Assembly (NCBI GenBank): GCA_016188975.1
Contig: JACPGQ010000003.1
Span: 1 to 50,845, forward strand
Source of the DNA: Candidatus Levyibacteriota bacterium
GTDB taxonomy: Bacteria > Patescibacteriota > Microgenomatia > Levybacterales > UBA12049
Direction of reading: 5' to 3'
Length of the DNA stretch: 50,845 nucleotides
The notes under the pieces: model-generated
Seen by the model: the letters and a program-made list of their open reading frames with translations, nothing else
Told to the model about the DNA's origin: nothing
Database searches by the model: none
Translations under genes and position numbers: made by a program
Shown here: piece after piece, positions 47,289-50,845 of the stretch
Layout: each line of letters opens with the position of its first letter
Position numbering within the stretch: position 1 is the stretch's first letter

Positions 47289-47969
47289 TTACTTTCCGAA
47301 TCTTCTTTCTCTAGCTGAATACTCATCGAGTGCTTTTTGAAATTCCTTAACATCAAAATCCGGCCAGAGAGTATCAGTGAAATAGAGCTCTGCATATACC
47401 GTCTGCCACGGCAAAAATCCGCTGAGCCTCTGTTCACCACCTGTTCGAACAATCATATCTGGATCAGGCATCCCAGCAGTAAAAAGATAATCAGCAAACG
47501 TTTTCTCATCCACGTTTTTGATCTTTTTTCGCAAAATCTCTCCTATCGCTCTGAGAATCTCGAACCGACCTCCGTAATTGAGGCCAAAGACGACGGTTAC
47601 TTTGGTATTTTCGCTGCTTTGTTTTTTTATCTCCTCAAGCCTTGTAAAAATGTCTTGCGGAAAAGCAGAAATGTCGCCAATTGTTTGGACGCGAATGCCT
47701 TTTTCCATCATTCGCTTAATCATCGGGCCATTAACCAGGTTACGAAACACAGTCATCAAATCGTCTACTTCTTCTTTTGCCCTATTCCAATTCTCAGTTG
47801 AAAATGCCCAAAACGTCATGTAGTCGATACCAAGTTCCGAAGCATACTCTACCAATTCTTCGACGCGGTCCACGCCCTTGTTGTGCCCCATGATGATCTG
47901 AAGCTGATTCCTTCTCGCCCAACGGCGATTGCCATCCATAATAAATGCGACGTGTTGAGGAACTTTCAT
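47289..47969 (-). CDS. uppS: Undecaprenyl diphosphate synthase
   Basis: IMDGNRRWA, FSTENWNR, NYGGR, RTGGEQRLSGF, RRFG. Confidence 0.96.
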   Translation of the reverse strand: MKVPQHVAFIMDGNRRWARRNQLQIIMGHNKGVDRVEELVEYASELGIDYMTFWAFSTENWNRAKEEVDDLMTVFRNLVNGPMIKRMMEKGIRVQTIGDISAFPQDIFTRLEEIKKQSSENTKVTVVFGLNYGGRFEILRAIGEILRKKIKNVDEKTFADYLFTAGMPDPDMIVRTGGEQRLSGFLPWQTVYAELYFTDTLWPDFDVKEFQKALDEYSARERRFGK

Positions 47970-48127
47970 AAATTGACCTAATTGCTCTAATTATTCTAAT
48001 TGACCTAAACAAATCCTAAATCCTAAGCACTACATCCTAAACCCTCCTTCGGGAGGGCACAGCAAATTGATATTGCCTGCTCCACGAAGTTCTTTAGAAC
48101 GAAGTGAAGTTTAGAAATTAGAAATTA
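47970..48127. repeat. Composite heptamer-arm element, copy B (inverted relative to copy A)
   Basis: Reverse complement aligns to about 27003-27165 with a few substitutions and one 22-bp indel. Confidence 0.9.
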
Positions 48128-48638
48128 TCTTCACAGCCTCAATTGCCCACGGTGTATATCTCTCGGGATTGTTCTTGACATCGATAATAAATGCGTCTTT
48201 AGGCATCCATTTATATTCATAGATAACATCGTTATTGGGAGAAACTTCTCCATTATATTTTCCGACTAACACCGCGCAATATTCATTCTCACAGTGTGCA
48301 TGGTATTTTGCAAAATAATTGAATCCTCCGATTTTTTTTATTTTGACATTTGAGATACCCATCTCATCTTTCAGTGATCGATTTACAGCCTCTTCATACG
48401 TCTCGTCATGACCTTCAGCAAAGTGTAACACGTGACTGATAGCAGTCAGATCCCAAAATTTATCCCACCTGACATGTTTTCGGAATTGCAGTAAGACTTC
48501 GTCTTTACTGTTCTCAAGCAAAACCACAAATGCACGGTGATGAATCCCTGTCCCAAAATGACACTCTCCTTTGTCTTCGTACTGCCCTGTCGGAATATCT
48601 TCTTCATCAACAATAATAAGCATTTGACGACTGTTCAC
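48111..48638 (-). CDS. idi: Isopentenyl-diphosphate delta-isomerase, type 1 (Nudix fold)
   Basis: HHRAF, LQFR, SH, ENEYC, YTPW; lies between mvaD and uppS. Confidence 0.82.
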   Translation of the reverse strand: MNSRQMLIIVDEEDIPTGQYEDKGECHFGTGIHHRAFVVLLENSKDEVLLQFRKHVRWDKFWDLTAISHVLHFAEGHDETYEEAVNRSLKDEMGISNVKIKKIGGFNYFAKYHAHCENEYCAVLVGKYNGEVSPNNDVIYEYKWMPKDAFIIDVKNNPERYTPWAIEAVKIISNF

Positions 48639-48737
48639 CGTTGTATTGTAGCAAATTAAGCATGACGAGGAGGCGGAAGTTGCATGCAAGCTGTACACAC
48701 AGGATGTGTGTGATAGGTAGACACATCAGGAACGTGG

Positions 48738-49808
48738 TCAAAATAGATGCTGGTTAGCTACTCGAGCTCCGTTTGCAGGATAATTAATAATAACCTGCTT
48801 CACTTCTGGAAGTTGTTTTACAAGTTGTGTTACTTTTTCAGCATCCTTTTTTTGACAAATTAAATGAATATTCTGCCCTGTATTTACTGACCAGTATACA
48901 TGTATACTGGTCATCCTCCATTGTTTTACTTGTTTCATCAGGATAATCGTCGCCGGGTACCAATAGATAAGGGAGGGGTGTGATGTCAGCATGATTGCGT
49001 GCATTTCGAGTGCTTCGGCTTCGACAAGTTCGCCGAATGCTTGAAATTTTTTAGTTTTGAGATAGTCTTTGATCTTTGCAATTTTATTTTTGATCTTTTC
49101 TTGTCGTATGGAAAAGAAAGGGCTCGTATGTGCCAGTTTTTGTCCTTCAGTCGTACTGACATCTTTCACCTGATCGGTCAAAACGACTGCAATATCTACG
49201 ATATCCCAGTGCTCTGGAGGATACAATGAAACTGCATATGATGTGTCTGATGTATCCCCATCAAGCCACTCGACGAATCCGTCAGGAATCGAGCGACACG
49301 CAGATCCTGATCCCTGTCGAGCCAAGATGCTTAATTCTTTTTCGGAAAGATCAAGTCCCGCTGCTTTTGTCGCTGCCACAGTCAGCGCTGCGAATCCGGA
49401 TGCGGATGAAGACAAACCAGTCCCTCGTGGAAATGAGTTTTCAGAAACAACTTTTGCCTTATCAGAAATCCCTGCGAGTTTGCGGATACGATCCAGATGG
49501 GCTATGACTTTCGGGTCATTTTTTATTGTTCGAGCGAACGAAGTGAGTCGAGAACTCTCGAATCCATTGCTGTATTGCTTTATTGCTCTCTTGCTACTTC
49601 TCGATTCGTCACTACGTTCCTCACTCGAAGAATAAATAGTAATATCGTCTTCCGTATACTCAGAAGAAAACTCCACCGTCGTCGTTGTCGTGAGCCCCGA
49701 CAAATTCATCGAGATGCTTCCATTTGCAGGCAGTTTCAATTCCTCATCCTTTCGCCCCCAATACTTGACGAAGGCAATGTTAGATGGCGCGATAGCTGTG
49801 CTTTTCAT
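48738..49808 (-). CDS. mvaD: Diphosphomevalonate decarboxylase with a 37-aa repeat-derived insert
   Basis: NIAFVKYWG, GLSSSASGFAA, ARQGSGSACRS. Confidence 0.92.
   Translation of the reverse strand: MKSTAIAPSNIAFVKYWGRKDEELKLPANGSISMNLSGLTTTTTVEFSSEYTEDDITIYSSSEERSDESRSSKRAIKQYSNGFESSRLTSFARTIKNDPKVIAHLDRIRKLAGISDKAKVVSENSFPRGTGLSSSASGFAALTVAATKAAGLDLSEKELSILARQGSGSACRSIPDGFVEWLDGDTSDTSYAVSLYPPEHWDIVDIAVVLTDQVKDVSTTEGQKLAHTSPFFSIRQEKIKNKIAKIKDYLKTKKFQAFGELVEAEALEMHAIMLTSHPSLIYWYPATIILMKQVKQWRMTSIHVYWSVNTGQNIHLICQKKDAEKVTQLVKQLPEVKQVIINYPANGARVANQHLF
48888..48913. repeat. 26-bp perfect palindrome inside mvaD
   Basis: Identical to 37573-37598. Confidence 0.95.
49524..49634. repeat. 111-bp palindromic element inside mvaD
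   Basis: TATTGTTCGAG...CTCGAAGAATA ends, inner TCGAGAA/TTCTCGA arms, central 4 x 8-bp NNTTGCTN tandem. Confidence 0.9.
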
Positions 49809-50470
49809 ATATGAAATATTGTTAATAATTGCTGCGGGGTATTAGCAATAAAATCCGGCTTAACTTTTCCTAGTCGTATCTTACCATGGTAGCCCCACAC
49901 TACAGCAACAGTCTTCATGCCAACCTCCTGCCCTTCTCGTATATCCCCTGATGTGTCTGTAATAAAATAACTCTCCTCGCTCCTCATATCTTGATCGGTA
50001 ATGATTTTTTCCAATTTCTCCTTCTTTGTACCCTTCTGTTCAGCTCCAACTATTTCATTGAAGCAATCCTTTATGCCATTTTTTTCCACATACCAAGCAA
50101 CAATATCACGATAATTTGAAGATACTATAGCAAGACGATAAGTATTTGACAGTTTTCTTATAACGTCACATATCTCAGAGAAAACAAGCAGCGAGCTTTC
50201 AGCATTCTGAAATGCAGAGAGAAAATCCTTTTGATACGATGCAAGCGTATTAGCAGTGACGCCTTTGCTCTCAAAATATCTCCAGGGATTGTCTTCAAAC
50301 ATTTCCTCAAAATCCTCTCTCACAGTAACTGGAAAAACACCATACTTTTGGGTTAATTGTTTCGTCAGATCAAATGCAAAATCAAATGTGTCCAGAATGA
50401 CGCCGTCAAAATCAAAAACGATCAGTTTTTTATTTCTCAACTCGTACTCCCTCCACATTCGTCGCAACAT
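49805..50470 (-). CDS. HAD family hydrolase
   Basis: FDFDGVILDT, VSSN, D...DI, WGY; true start may be slightly downstream. Confidence 0.88.
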   Translation of the reverse strand: MLRRMWREYELRNKKLIVFDFDGVILDTFDFAFDLTKQLTQKYGVFPVTVREDFEEMFEDNPWRYFESKGVTANTLASYQKDFLSAFQNAESSLLVFSEICDVIRKLSNTYRLAIVSSNYRDIVAWYVEKNGIKDCFNEIVGAEQKGTKKEKLEKIITDQDMRSEESYFITDTSGDIREGQEVGMKTVAVVWGYHGKIRLGKVKPDFIANTPQQLLTIFHI

Positions 50471-50845
50471 CGATCACCTGCCTACCAGATTGCTCAATCG
50501 CTTTCTTAACTGCTAGCGCTTTCCCCTTCTCATAAAGCGCTATGATGCAATCCCCGCCTCCTGCCCCCGACAATTTCGCGCCCAATGCTCCCGCCTCACG
50601 CGCGGCGTAAATCATCGATGACAATTTGCCAGTGCTGACCCCAATTGCTTCCAAATATCCTTGGTTGAGATTCATAAGCTCGCCGACTGTTTTCCAGTCT
50701 TTCTCAATAAGGGCAAATTTCGCCATGGTTGTGAGTGCTGCAATTTGGTCAAAAATTGAGGTAAAAAGCTCTGGAAATTGCGCAGCTTTTTCTGAAACAA
50801 GTTTAATGTATTCTGTCGTATCTGCCTTCACACCGCTATACCCGA
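50430..50845 (-). CDS. GHMP kinase, probably mevalonate kinase (C-terminal part, truncated by window edge)
   Basis: GAKLSGAGGGDC; upstream of mvaD-idi-uppS. Confidence 0.8.
   Translation of the reverse strand, partial: GYSGVKADTTEYIKLVSEKAAQFPELFTSIFDQIAALTTMAKFALIEKDWKTVGELMNLNQGYLEAIGVSTGKLSSMIYAAREAGALGAKLSGAGGGDCIIALYEKGKALAVKKAIEQSGRQVIDVATNVEGVRVEK

Noticed and set aside
1..50845. Alternative genetic code (UGA=Gly) as in some CPR lineages
   Set aside because: Conserved genes are full length under code 11 and several end in TGA.

Overview
Chromosomal segment of a small-genome bacterium, most likely Patescibacteria/CPR (Microgenomates-like); this is inferred from gene content and standard code 11. 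It holds the end of a mevalonate/isoprenoid operon (GHMP kinase, HAD, mvaD, idi, uppS), glycogen synthase and phosphorylase, archaeal-type PEP carboxylase, malic enzyme and aspartate aminotransferase. It also has two-component and CRP regulators, PBP1A, HtpX, an AbrB-Fic/Doc toxin-antitoxin pair, an SGNH plus sxtIJK-like carbamoyltransferase cluster (including an unannotated 55-aa gene), an aberrant tRNA-Ser(ACU), and several deletion-damaged genes. I found no CRISPR array, rRNA, transposase or integrase. The most unusual signal is a dense, multi-family population of short palindromic elements. They sit in intergenic DNA, nest inside one another (three times between short direct repeats that look like target-site duplications), and sit in-frame inside at least five protein genes (AlkD-like, methyltransferase, AspC, DUF2207, MvaD). 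A separate 20-26 bp perfect palindrome recurs four times, twice inside coding sequence, and a perfect 52-bp direct repeat brackets a 3-kb four-gene accessory cassette. All product calls come from motif recognition by eye, not database searches.
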